Assembly (NCBI GenBank): GCA_963708295.1
Contig: CAVPSJ010000004.1
Coordinates: 192,001 to 256,000 of the forward strand
Direction: 5' to 3'
Length of the DNA stretch: 64,000 bases
Source: an uncultured delta proteobacterium
GTDB lineage: Bacteria > Desulfobacterota > BSN033 > UBA1163
The translations under genes were made by a program, and so were the position numbers. This document shows, one piece after another, positions 50,912 to 60,976 of the stretch. Numbering within the stretch: position 1 is the first letter of the stretch; each line of letters starts with the position of its first letter. The notes below the pieces were generated by a model that was not told the DNA's origin, searched no databases, and saw only the letters and a program-made list of their open reading frames with translations.

Positions 50912-52320
50912 CCATGTCTACCCACTACCTTTTTCCCTTTTGAAAAAAGCTGAGGGTTTTGGTTTTCGACTTTCTCCTTCCAGGCAGGTTCTGCGATCTC
51001 TCCATAAGCCTGGGAATACTCATCGAGGGACTGCGCAAAATCCGTAAAGAGCTGCTCTGCCCCTTCATGGGTAAAGTACTTCGCATGTTGAAGCGCAAAC
51101 TCCCTCCCCTGCTGAGGGTGGTCGATCAGAGGACAGGACCGAAATAAGTTCTCCGAGAAAGGCTGATGGGATCGCATTTCCCTGAAGAGAGGAGAATTGA
51201 GAGCCTCCATGAGAGACTTCTCTTTGATGTTGTCAGAGGCAAAATGGCAGAAGATACAGGGCTCCACATCTCCTCGGGCATTGACATGAAAGTATTTTCT
51301 CCCCGCAGCAATGCATCCCTGTGTGAGACAGCCATCATTCCAGAAGTCGACAAAGAGCATGGGTTTGGTGGCCCGAAAATAGGCGAGTCGCTCCCTCGCC
51401 CGGCTCCTCTGTTCAGGAGTGACCATGAGGGAGAGATCGGGGTTTCTTCCGATGGGGACGTAATGGAAGTTCCAGTGAAGAATGCATCCCTTCTCTACCA
51501 GAAAATCGACAAAGGCATCGCTCGTCAGGACATCATGATTTCGGGAAGTTTGCGTCGTGGAGACAGCGAAAAAGATCCCGGCTTTTCGGAGCCCGTCCAT
51601 CACCTTCACGATTCGATCGAACTGACCCTTGCCCCTCCTCCCGTCGGTTTCTTCTCTGAGCCCTTCGAGGCTGATCGCGGGAGCGACATTTCCCAGGGCT
51701 ACGAATCGATCGATCATCTTCTCGTCGATCAATGTGGCATTGGTATAGATTTGGAACATCATGTCATCATGCTTTTGGAAGAGGTCGAAAAGATCCTGCC
51801 TCAAGAAGGGTTCCCCACCCGTCATCATGACCAGATGGATGCCCATCTCTTTACACTCTCCCATTAACCGATCCAGCACCTCATAAGGAAGATCTTCTTG
51901 GGAATAGACCGCTGAATAACAACCATAGCAATTCAGATTGCACCGCATCGTCGGGCTGATCAACATGGCGTCCGGCGGATAGAATCCCCTCTCTGCCTCA
52001 AAGGCTTTTCTCCGGTTGGTGCCCACCAGAAGTTGATTGAGGATGAAGTTGGAGATGAGCCTTTTCCGATGATGGGGATGTGTCTCGCTGAGCACCCTTC
52101 GCGCAATCGCCAGACCAAGATGATTGCTCTGGAAGAGAGTGCGAATCCATCGAATCTTCTCCCGATAGGATTCCTTTTTAGGAATCTTCTCTGCAAGATA
52201 AGTGAGACGAATCAAATTTTCCGTGGAAGCGCTGGCCAGCAGAGAAAGAGCGTTCGTTGTAAACTTCTCTATGGAATACCGCTTAGCCCGTTGGTAAAAA
52301 TCCATCTTTTCCCTCACCAC
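50908..52320 (-). CDS. Radical SAM protein with C-terminal auxiliary-cluster Cys motifs
   Basis: CNLNCYGC, TGGEP, DFWNDG..GCIAAGR.Y.H....GDVEPC, RSCP. Confidence 0.9.
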   Translation of the reverse strand: MVREKMDFYQRAKRYSIEKFTTNALSLLASASTENLIRLTYLAEKIPKKESYREKIRWIRTLFQSNHLGLAIARRVLSETHPHHRKRLISNFILNQLLVGTNRRKAFEAERGFYPPDAMLISPTMRCNLNCYGCYSAVYSQEDLPYEVLDRLMGECKEMGIHLVMMTGGEPFLRQDLFDLFQKHDDMMFQIYTNATLIDEKMIDRFVALGNVAPAISLEGLREETDGRRGKGQFDRIVKVMDGLRKAGIFFAVSTTQTSRNHDVLTSDAFVDFLVEKGCILHWNFHYVPIGRNPDLSLMVTPEQRSRARERLAYFRATKPMLFVDFWNDGCLTQGCIAAGRKYFHVNARGDVEPCIFCHFASDNIKEKSLMEALNSPLFREMRSHQPFSENLFRSCPLIDHPQQGREFALQHAKYFTHEGAEQLFTDFAQSLDEYSQAYGEIAEPAWKEKVENQNPQLFSKGKKVVGRHG

Positions 52321-52985
52321 AAAAGACTTCGAAGAAAGAGTTTACAAACCATCCAGGTATCGGTCACCGGCCTGAAATGGCTGGAAGAAGTTCCATCGAC
52401 TTTTTGCGTATTGATAGGAACAGATAACACACGGAATCCTTTTTTGCAAGCTTTAATCAGGAGTTCCAACTCTGTCTCGAATCGAGACGTGGTGAGGTCA
52501 ATCTTCTCCAATACCTCTCTCCGAATGAGCCGAAAACCGGACTGACTATCCGTAATATCCGAATGGCAAAGCCGTGCAACTGCCTTTACGCCCAAGCGAT
52601 TCCAGAAGCGACGGAGGAAGGTCATCTGCCCGAATTTTGCGGCCCGGGAGGCGATGAGGATATCGGGCTTGACATTTTGAAACACCTTAAGCAGGAAGGG
52701 AATGTCGGCAGGATCATGTTGACCGTCGGCATCCAGAGTGATGACCACCTGATAGTCCTTCCGGAGGATAGATTCAAACCCCGTCCGAAGGGCGGCCCCC
52801 TTTCCAAGGTTAAGGGGATGTTTCAAGAGTTGAACTCCATGTTCTGAAGCCACCCTCCCCGTCTCATCCGAGGACCCGTCATCGACGACAAGGGTATCGA
52901 CCCTGAGAGGTTCAACCTTATTCAGGACGGAACCAAGGGTCCATTGGGCATTATAAGCAGGAATGAGGACACAGATTTTATCCAA
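52314..52985 (-). CDS. Glycosyltransferase family 2
   Basis: IPAYN, VDDGSSD, DADGQH, DSQSGFR, SHFRP. Confidence 0.9.
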   Translation of the reverse strand: MDKICVLIPAYNAQWTLGSVLNKVEPLRVDTLVVDDGSSDETGRVASEHGVQLLKHPLNLGKGAALRTGFESILRKDYQVVITLDADGQHDPADIPFLLKVFQNVKPDILIASRAAKFGQMTFLRRFWNRLGVKAVARLCHSDITDSQSGFRLIRREVLEKIDLTTSRFETELELLIKACKKGFRVLSVPINTQKVDGTSSSHFRPVTDTWMVCKLFLRSLLW

Positions 52986-53062
52986 GATGGGCCCCTACCG
53001 TCATTCCGGTTTCTTTATGCACGCTGCCTGTCTCAGCAGTGGAACAGACCTAAAAATATAAG

Positions 53063-53099
53063 TTTCAAATGTCAAATTTCAAATGTCAAATGAATGTCA
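53063..53099. repeat. 7-mer tandem array
   Basis: tttcaaa tgtcaaa tttcaaa tgtcaaa. Confidence 0.6.
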
Positions 53100-54260
53100 T
53101 CTTTCCAGAAAACGTTTCATCTCCGGGTCATAGAGAAAAGTAAAAAAGGTTGCTACCGATCCAAAGAATGGAAGCGGATCATCTTTTGAAATGACGTCAT
53201 AGCAGGTGTTGGGGTCAAAGAAATCGAAGAAGGAGGGATGAAGATGAAAACGATCAGGGTTTTTGAAAAAATGAAGAAGATCGCCCAAAAGAAGCCACCG
53301 AAAGCGTTTTCCCGCCGCATAGTGAAGAACGGGCTCGAAACTTTCCCTCTTGGCCATCTTCAAAATCAGATACGGGAAATCGACCCCGGAGGCAATGGCC
53401 AGTTGCAAGGACCCCCAAAAACGAGGGTTGACCTCCATCAGTTTTGGAATCCCATCCCTGGGGTCGAGTTTGAATTCGGCCATGCCCACACCGACCCAAC
53501 TTAAAGACTTAAAGAGGGAAAGGCCCATTTCCATCAGCTGAGAATGTTCAACCCCTTCCCCAAGTGTACTGGGACCTCCCTGAACGGGATACATCCTCAA
53601 CTTCCTATGAACAAAGGCAGCCTTCACTTTTGAAGTCTCATCGTAAAGGGCAGAGAAACCGTAAATCCCCTCTCCATCCGGAATCCATTCCTGGACAATT
53701 GGAAAAGGAAATCGCTCGTGGACCCTTCGATAAGACGAAATAAGATCCTCCTTTTTTTTCACGTAGACAATACCGAGCGATCCTGAACTCACCCGGGGCT
53801 TGATGACTGCTGGGATAGGGATAGAATCGAGGGGGAGGCTGGGGGATGGAGGCATATAAAATGTTTTCGGCGCAGGAATCCCTGCTTTCTCCGCAAACTG
53901 CATCAGATTTCCTTTATCCCGAACAAATTCAATTTTCTTCAAATCAGGGCTGAGAAGGTAAGTATACTGGGATATCTCCGGGTGATGTTTCGCCAGTAGA
54001 AGCAGCGTCTCCTCCTCCATAGGAAAGACGCAATCGTAATGGTTCTTCTTAATCTCTGTGAGAAAAAATTCAATAAATTGATTTGGGGTTTGTCGCGGGG
54101 AAGGGTAGACGAGACGCCCGGCACAATACTTTGAGAAGAAGGAGGTATTGAGGCGTGTTCGCTCTCCTACGGTAACCTGGACTCCTTTCCGACCCAGAGA
54201 TCGAACGACGGCCAATGTTTTTCTGAAGTGCCCATCGGTGACCAGAACGCGCATTTTCAT
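53097..54260 (-). CDS. ATP-grasp carboxylate-amine ligase-like protein
   Basis: DK, VIKPR, VQEWIP, EFK, LMEVNPRFWGS. Confidence 0.85.
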   Translation of the reverse strand: MKMRVLVTDGHFRKTLAVVRSLGRKGVQVTVGERTRLNTSFFSKYCAGRLVYPSPRQTPNQFIEFFLTEIKKNHYDCVFPMEEETLLLLAKHHPEISQYTYLLSPDLKKIEFVRDKGNLMQFAEKAGIPAPKTFYMPPSPSLPLDSIPIPAVIKPRVSSGSLGIVYVKKKEDLISSYRRVHERFPFPIVQEWIPDGEGIYGFSALYDETSKVKAAFVHRKLRMYPVQGGPSTLGEGVEHSQLMEMGLSLFKSLSWVGVGMAEFKLDPRDGIPKLMEVNPRFWGSLQLAIASGVDFPYLILKMAKRESFEPVLHYAAGKRFRWLLLGDLLHFFKNPDRFHLHPSFFDFFDPNTCYDVISKDDPLPFFGSVATFFTFLYDPEMKRFLER

Positions 54261-54340
54261 ATTTCGGAATGCGGATTTCGGAATGCGGATTTAGAATCTT
54301 CGTTTTACATTCCGAATTCCGCATTCCGAAATCCGAAATT
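54261..54340. repeat. Inverted 7-mer array
   Basis: ttcggaa tgcggat ttcggaa tgcggat facing ttccgaa ttccgca ttccgaa atccgaa. Confidence 0.7.
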
Positions 54341-55028
54341 ACATCAATCCTTCGTCAGCGAGACTCTGATAACGCTCTCCTGCCAGAATGATATGATCAT
54401 AAACCTTAATCCCCAGAAGCCGGCCTGCCTCTACTAATTGCTTGGTGATCCGGAGATCCTCTTCGCTGGGGCTCGGATTTCCACTCGGGTGATTGTGGAT
54501 CAAGATGATCCCTGAGGCAGGCTCCAGGATGGCTTCCCGAAAAACGTCTCTGGGGTGAACAATGCTCGCCTCGAGTGTCCCTTCGGAGACGGTCACGTCC
54601 CGAATGAGCCGATTCGCCCGGTTGAGAAGAAGGATCTTAAAAACCTCTTTCCTCAAATCCCTCATCAAGGGGAGATAGTGGTTTGCCACATCCGAAGATC
54701 GCTTAAAAACCCCTCCGGAATCATCTCTCTGGGATTGAGTCCTTCTCGTCAATTCAAAGGCGGCACAGAGTGTGGCCGCTTTGGCAGATCCGATACCCTT
54801 CACCTTCATCAGCTCCGAAGGCGAGCGCGAAAAGAGTTTGTGAAGGGATCCGTATTGATCCAGGAGTTCCCTTGCCAAATCAATGGCTGTTTTCTTTCTT
54901 GTCCCTTTTCCGAGTAAAATACCCAAGAGCTCTGCTTCGCTGAGGGGTTGGGGACCATGCTGAAGAAGCCTTTCTCTGGGTCTCTCCTTCTCGGGCCATC
55001 GCGTAATCTTATAAGAGGATTCGGCCAT
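54339..55028 (-). CDS. radC: RadC/JAB-domain protein
   Basis: ERPRERL, KGIGSAKA, HNHPSG.PSPS.ED, DHII. Confidence 0.95.
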   Translation of the reverse strand: MAESSYKITRWPEKERPRERLLQHGPQPLSEAELLGILLGKGTRKKTAIDLARELLDQYGSLHKLFSRSPSELMKVKGIGSAKAATLCAAFELTRRTQSQRDDSGGVFKRSSDVANHYLPLMRDLRKEVFKILLLNRANRLIRDVTVSEGTLEASIVHPRDVFREAILEPASGIILIHNHPSGNPSPSEEDLRITKQLVEAGRLLGIKVYDHIILAGERYQSLADEGLM

Positions 55029-55169
55029 GTTTGATGAAGCTCTTCGTTTTTGCCATGGGAAGATTTCCGGACACGCAGTGGCGAGCCGGATGCGAGCAAA
55101 AGAAATACCTTTTTAAGGGTGTGCCCCTTCGCCCCGCTCCTCCCGCTTTGGCGGGACGGCACTCGCCGG

Positions 55170-55946
55170 TCAAGTGGAAGCTGAAGACCCGACCTTGTTC
55201 CCATCCCCTTCGGAAGGAGCCGGCCCGGACTTCTTCCCAAAGATTCTGGAAAGTAGGATGCTTAGCTCGTAGAGCGCCATGAGAGGAAGGGCCATGATCA
55301 CCTGAGAGATGAGGTCAGGAGATGGGGTGACGGCCGCAGCAACGACAAAAATCAGGAGAATGGCGTATTTCCTCTGCCGGGCCAACATCTTTGCATCAAT
55401 GATTCCAATCTTAGCGAGGAGGACTAAGACCACGGGAAATTCGAAAACCAGCCCGAAGGCCAGTAAAAACTTGATGCTGAAGGAGAGGTACTCCTTCATG
55501 CTCGGCATGGGTTTGATGACGTCGGTGGCATAACCTAAAAGAAATTTAAAACCGACTGGAATGGCAACAAAATATCCAAAGAGAACCCCCACGGCAAAAA
55601 AGAGCGAACCACCGAGGACAAAAGGAATCACGTATTTTTTCTCTTTTTGATATAGACCCGGGGCGACAAACGCCCAGATTTGATAGAGGAGGAAGGGAGA
55701 GGTCAGGATCACACTCGCGATGAAGGCCACCTTCATATAGGTAAAGAAGGCTTCTGCGACGCTGATGAATATTAAGGATCCTCCCTTGGGCATCACATTT
55801 AGGAGAGGTGCGGCGAGGATGTCGAAGATCGAATCGGCGAAGGCATAACAGAGACCGAAACCTACCCCGATCGCGATAAAGGAGAGGATGAGCCGCTTCC
55901 TCAGTTCCTGGAGGTGAGAGGTTAAGGGAAGTTTCTTCTCATCCAT
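55170..55946 (-). CDS. tatC: Tat translocase TatC
   Basis: [31 protein letters not shown]. Confidence 0.95.
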   Translation of the reverse strand: MDEKKLPLTSHLQELRKRLILSFIAIGVGFGLCYAFADSIFDILAAPLLNVMPKGGSLIFISVAEAFFTYMKVAFIASVILTSPFLLYQIWAFVAPGLYQKEKKYVIPFVLGGSLFFAVGVLFGYFVAIPVGFKFLLGYATDVIKPMPSMKEYLSFSIKFLLAFGLVFEFPVVLVLLAKIGIIDAKMLARQRKYAILLIFVVAAAVTPSPDLISQVIMALPLMALYELSILLSRIFGKKSGPAPSEGDGNKVGSSAST

Positions 55947-56340
55947 GGGAAGGAATACCCTCTTTTGCCCCTTCGGGTTCCTCCTTCTTTTTCTCTTCCA
56001 CCTTTTCCTCTTCAGTCTGGGTGGAAGCCTCTTCAAGGGGTGGCGTCTCTGCGGTAACGGAAGGTTCTGGCTGTGCGGAAGTCACTTCTGCAGCGGGTTC
56101 TAGAGGAGAAATCTGTTCTGCTAAATCGGCCAAGAGCGTTTCATCCGTGAGGGTATGTTTAACCTCTTCCAGGTCCTTCGTCTCAGCTTCAAAGCTTTCC
56201 TTTACCTCTTCGGTAGCTTTTTTGAACTCCCTCATCGCCCTCCCAAAAGCCTTCGCGAGCTCGGGAAGTTTATTCGGGCCGAAAACGATCAGGGCAATCG
56301 CCACAATGATCAACAGTTCAGGAAGTCCGATATTAAACAT
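55939..56340 (-). CDS. tatB: Tat translocase TatA/TatB subunit
   Basis: [17 protein letters not shown], acidic tail, overlaps the tatC start. Confidence 0.75.
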   Translation of the reverse strand: MFNIGLPELLIIVAIALIVFGPNKLPELAKAFGRAMREFKKATEEVKESFEAETKDLEEVKHTLTDETLLADLAEQISPLEPAAEVTSAQPEPSVTAETPPLEEASTQTEEEKVEEKKKEEPEGAKEGIPSHG

Positions 56341-56535
56341 AAATCCTCCTTCAAATTTATATCATAATCTCTCCTTCTATTGCAATGGTCCGCCTTTTCC
56401 CGGAATGTTCCTCAAAGGGTGTATCGCAACTCTATGAAATTAATTCTTTCGTAAACCTCGCCGGTGCAATATAATATTTCTCGGGACTCGTAAGGAATGC
56501 TTGTCGTTGCTGCTTATTGAGATAGCGGAAAATCA

Positions 56536-57342
56536 ATGCACGAATTCGGACTCATTATCAATTTGTCAGTCAGCTTGGTTCTGGCCCTTTTACTGGGCCT
56601 CCTCACCGAACGGTTCCGATTATCGCCGATCGTAGGATATCTGCTGGCGGGCATAGCTCTCGGCCTTCAAACCCCCGGGTTCATCGCCGACCCCAAAATG
56701 GCCCGTGAGTTTGCCGAGATAGGCGTCATTCTTTTGATGTTCGGCCTCGGGCTGCATTTCAATCTCCATAATCTTCTTTCAGTCAGAAAAATTGCGATAC
56801 CAGGAGCCTTTGGACAGATCCTGGTGGCCTCCTTATTGGGTACAGCCGTGACACTGTTATTTGGCTGGCCGACCGGAACCGGCCTCGTGATCGGCATCGC
56901 CATCTCCGTGGCCAGCACGGTTGTTCTCGTACGCATGCTGATGGACAACGATGTGCTCCAGACAAGCCAGGGACAGATCGCAGTCGGCTGGCTTATTGTC
57001 GAGGATATCTTCACTGTCTTTGTCTTGGTTGTTCTGCCCGGCATGAAGGGGATTCTGGGTCTCCACGCAGAAGGTGGGGGAAGTCCGCTCGTTGCTCTGG
57101 CGTTGGCAATCGCCAAATTCGCCGGATTGGGCCTTCTCGTCGTTGGCGTGGGGAGAAAAGCAATTCCGTGGCTTCTCAGCCACGTAGCCCGCACTCGGTC
57201 CCGGGAACTTTTCACGCTTAACAGGTCCATCGAAACGGGCGATCCCCCATCGGTGGATTTCGAGATTTATTTTTACAGAGGGTCGCTTGTCCGAATACGG
57301 AGGGAATTGAGTTTCGTTTTGCGGCATGATATAAGAAAATAA
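56536..57342 (+). pseudogene. Truncated CPA2 cation:proton antiporter (YbaL/RosB-like)
   Basis: PIVGYLLAG, AEIGVILLMF, ISVASTVV, GWLIVED; family-like sequence ends abruptly at RSRELFTL (about 57220). Confidence 0.7.
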
Positions 57343-57510
57343 CTCTATCCGCCTTTTCCCGTTCGAGACGGTGTCGTCATCTGATGAAAGAAAGATTTTG
57401 ACGGAATCCCGCTCTGGCGGGATTCGTCTTGCAACGGAAGTGGTTCTTCGTTCATGATGAGACAGCCCCTCGGACGGAGGATGAAGGAAGGGGGTAAGGA
57501 AAAACGGTTT

Positions 57511-58275
57511 ATGGCCATCATTCACACGAATGTACCCTATTCCATGCTGCTTCACCGCATCGATTTTGCGATTCAAAACCAAATCCATCCTGAAATCTAT
57601 TTCAGTGCAGAAGATTTGGACGCCTGCCGTGAGGAGGATCTTCAACGTTTATCCAAGGCCCTCCAGGAAAACCAATTGGAAGTCAGCATCCATGGGCCAT
57701 TCATGGATTTAAGCCCTGGGGGAGTGGACAGGAGGATCAAAGAGGTGACACTCGACCGGTTCTTAAAGACGATCAAACTGGCACATTTCTTCAACCCCAG
57801 GATGATCGTCTTTCATCCAGGGTATGAGAGATGGAAATTCGATGGAAATATCAAGCTTTGGCTTGAGAGCAGTCTTCAAACCTGGAGGCCCGTGGTCAAG
57901 GAGGCAGAAAAGAGGGGGTTGACCCTCGCCATCGAAAATGTTTTTGAGGAGAGTCCCGATCCCATTAAAAACCTCTTAGAAGAAATTCATTCACCCCGTT
58001 TTCGTTTCTGCTTTGACACAGGCCATCACAATGTTTTCAGCAAGACCACCCTCCCCGTTTGGATGGAAGCTTTGGGAGGGTTTCTGAGTGAGGTTCACCT
58101 CCACGATAATCACAAAGAGATGGATGAACATCTCCCTGCGGGAGAAGGGGAATTCGACTTTAGTCAATTCTTTACCCTCCTTTCGCAATTGAACCTGAAT
58201 CCTCTTTACACCCTCGAACCTCATGAAGAAGCCCATCTCTGGAGGGGGCTGAAAGCCGTCAGAAAATACATTTGA
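57511..58275 (+). CDS. Xylose isomerase/AP endonuclease 2 TIM-barrel protein
   Basis: HGPFMDL, FHPG, IENVF, DTGH, HLHDN..DEH..G.G. Confidence 0.85.
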   Translation: MAIIHTNVPYSMLLHRIDFAIQNQIHPEIYFSAEDLDACREEDLQRLSKALQENQLEVSIHGPFMDLSPGGVDRRIKEVTLDRFLKTIKLAHFFNPRMIVFHPGYERWKFDGNIKLWLESSLQTWRPVVKEAEKRGLTLAIENVFEESPDPIKNLLEEIHSPRFRFCFDTGHHNVFSKTTLPVWMEALGGFLSEVHLHDNHKEMDEHLPAGEGEFDFSQFFTLLSQLNLNPLYTLEPHEEAHLWRGLKAVRKYI

Positions 58276-58287
58276 TTGCAGATGGCA

Positions 58288-58330
58288 CCCTGCCCTCACC
58301 CCCTCGGGGAGAGGGCAGGGTGAGAGGGAA
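58288..58330. repeat. C/G-rich REP-like hairpin
   Basis: ccctgccctcaccccctcggggagagggcaggg; related copies near 10900, 24935 and 59740. Confidence 0.6.
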
Positions 58331-58439
58331 ATCAGAGGCATCCGGAAAAGAATGACGGCGTTTGTATGAGCATTGTGAACTTATCAGGGGTTTGAATTTT
58401 GAGGTTCTGGATTTCCTGTTGATGAAAAAGGAGGGGTCT

Positions 58440-59700
58440 ATGAAACGTCTGTTCATTTTACTATTTGTTCTTACCCTGCCGGTGGTTCTCATCGTAACGA
58501 ATACATCACCGGTTTCAGCACAACAAACGAAGTCAGCTTTCAAGGTTGAAGATCCGATGGGCGTCGTGAAGGTCAAGCCTGGCGAACCCGTTCACATCGC
58601 TTGCTGGTTCGTTGTCGCAGGTCCGGATGCCTCTTTGGGAACAGATACCAAGCGTGGTGTTGAAATCGCCATTGAAGACAAGGGCGGTAACGTTCTCGGG
58701 TTTCCCATCAAGCTTACCGTTCAAGACACAGGCTGTAACGCCGAAGGGGGTCAGGTGGCTGCAACCAAACTTGCTGCGGACCCGACGATTATAGCAGCGA
58801 TCGGCTCAAGCTGTTCAAGCGAAGCTCGGCCCGGTGTACCGATATTGTGGAGAGCCGGGATCGCTACGGTCTCACCGTCTCCACGTCACCCGATTTGACG
58901 GATCCGACGAAACGAGGCCCAGAGTATGACGGCTATTCTCCGTACCGCTCACAATGATAAAGTCCAAGGCGCAGTAGCGGCTGAGTTTGCTACGGAAACA
59001 ATTGAAAGTCAAGAGGGCAGCGACCATTCACGATGGAAGCATTTATGCTGAACAACTCCAGGCTGTTTTTGCTGAAACCTTCAAGAAACTAGGCGGAACC
59101 ATCACCTCTCAAGAAGCGGTTTCCCCCACCGATACGGATATGCGGCCCGTTCTCACCAAGATCGCCACAGGAAAGCCCGAATTCATCTATTATCCCGTCT
59201 TTATTGCAGCGGGTGGCCACCTCACGCGCCAGGTGAAAGAGGTGAAGGGACTGGAGAAGGTAGCCCTGATGGGGGCGGATGGAATATTCTCCCCGGATTT
59301 CTACAAGGCAGCCGGGGAGACTGCCGTCGGCATGTACCATTCCAGCCCTGACTTTTCCGCTTTTGGTGCAGGCTACAAAACCTTCTTGGAGAGACATCAA
59401 AAGAAATATGGCGAAAAACCCATTGCCCCTTTCCATGCTCATGCCTATGATGCAGCCATGATGATCTTTGCCGCTATTGAGACGGTGGCCAAGAAAGGAC
59501 CAGATGGAACCCTCTTCATTGGCCGAAGGGCTTTAAGGGATGCTCTTTACGCCACGAAAAACTTCAAGGGTTTGACCGGAAATCTTACCTGCGACAAATA
59601 TGGCGATTGCGCTGACCCAAAAATCGCAATCTATCGAACGAGTGCCGAAAATATCAAAAGCTTGGTGCTTCCAGACAAACCTTTTTGGAAGCCTTATTAA
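58440..59700 (+). CDS. livK: Branched-chain amino acid ABC substrate-binding protein (frameshifted near 58880-58990)
   Basis: Signal peptide, IGSSCSS, IHDGSIY, AYDAA, FKGLTG. Confidence 0.8.
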
Positions 59701-59833
59701 ATCTAGAAGCAACTCATCCCGATCCTCCTCCGGCCTCCTTACCCTTCCCTTCTCCCTCGGGGAGAGGGATAAGGTGGGGAAAAGGATGAGCACATTTTGA
59801 TGGGCTCGACGATCTTATGGGACGGAAATCCGT

Positions 59834-60894
59834 ATGTTGAAACGTCTGCGAGAGAGGACGACTCCCACCGATGCCGTCATGTGGTTCATCGGAGCAGCCA
59901 TCTTCATTTGTGTGATCTGGGGTTCCACGGCTACTTTATCCGAAGGAAAGTATTCCTCTTACCACTGGTTTGACTTTATCATTTTCGGCCTTGCTCAGGG
60001 AAGTATCTATGCCCTCATCGCCATGGGTTACACCATGGTTTACGGCATTCTCCGAATGATCAATTTCGCTCATAGCGAGGTCTTTATGAGCGGCCCTTAT
60101 ACGGCTTACTACGTCGCTGCGGCCTTTTACTCATCCGGCTTTCTTGATCGCCAGCCTGTTGTCAGTCTGATCATCATCTTCCTCGTCTCCATGGCGACAT
60201 CAACCTTCATCGCTATTCTCCTGGAGCGAATCGCTTATCGCCCCTTGCGAACGGCCCCCCGACTGGTTCCCCTCATCACGGCGATCGGAGCCTCCTTCTT
60301 TCTGCAATATACCTTTCGAGGACTTTACGGTTCCGGCTTCCAGGCTTATCCAGTGGTGAAGATCCTTGAAGGGGAATGGATGTTCGGAGAATTTCGGATT
60401 CTAAAGTTTCAAGCTGCGGTGATCATCGCGGCGGCGCTCTTGATGGCTGCTCTCTACTCCTTTATACAACGTACCCGTATCGGAAAAGCAATCCGATCTG
60501 TCTCGGAAGATAAGGAAACGTCTTCGCTGATGGGGATTAATGTTGACGAATGATCGTGACCACATTTGCCATCGGCGGAATGGCTGCGGGGGCTGCGGGT
60601 GTTTTATATGCGGTGATGTTCAAGCAGGTTCACTTTTTTATGGGTTTTGTTCCGGGGATCAAAGCTTTTACGGCGGCCGTATTGGGCGGCATCGGCAATA
60701 TTCCGGGAGCCATGTTGGGCGGGATTTTTCTCGGTCTCATCGAATCGGTGGGACCTACCCTGTTCCTGGATGGCCTTGGAATTGTCGCCCCTTACCAACT
60801 CAAAGACGCCATTGCTTTTATCCTGCTCGTTCTCGTGCTGATCTTTCGACCCACAGGCATTTTGGGGGAGCGTGTAGCTAACAAGAAAGCTTAA
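59834..60894 (+). CDS. livH: Branched-chain amino acid ABC permease (frameshift near 60548)
   Basis: YALIAMGYTMVYG..INFAH, KAFTAAVLGGIG, FRPTG. Confidence 0.88.
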
Positions 60895-60976
60895 ACAAGT
60901 TCCGAGTGTTGAGTGCGGAGTTCGGAAAATTTCACCTTAGTCACTTTTAACCTTAGGTCACTTTCGTCACTTCACT

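Noticed and set aside
54339-55028. radC as a mobile-element marker
   Set aside because: Full-length chromosomal form with HhH region, next to tatC; no integrase
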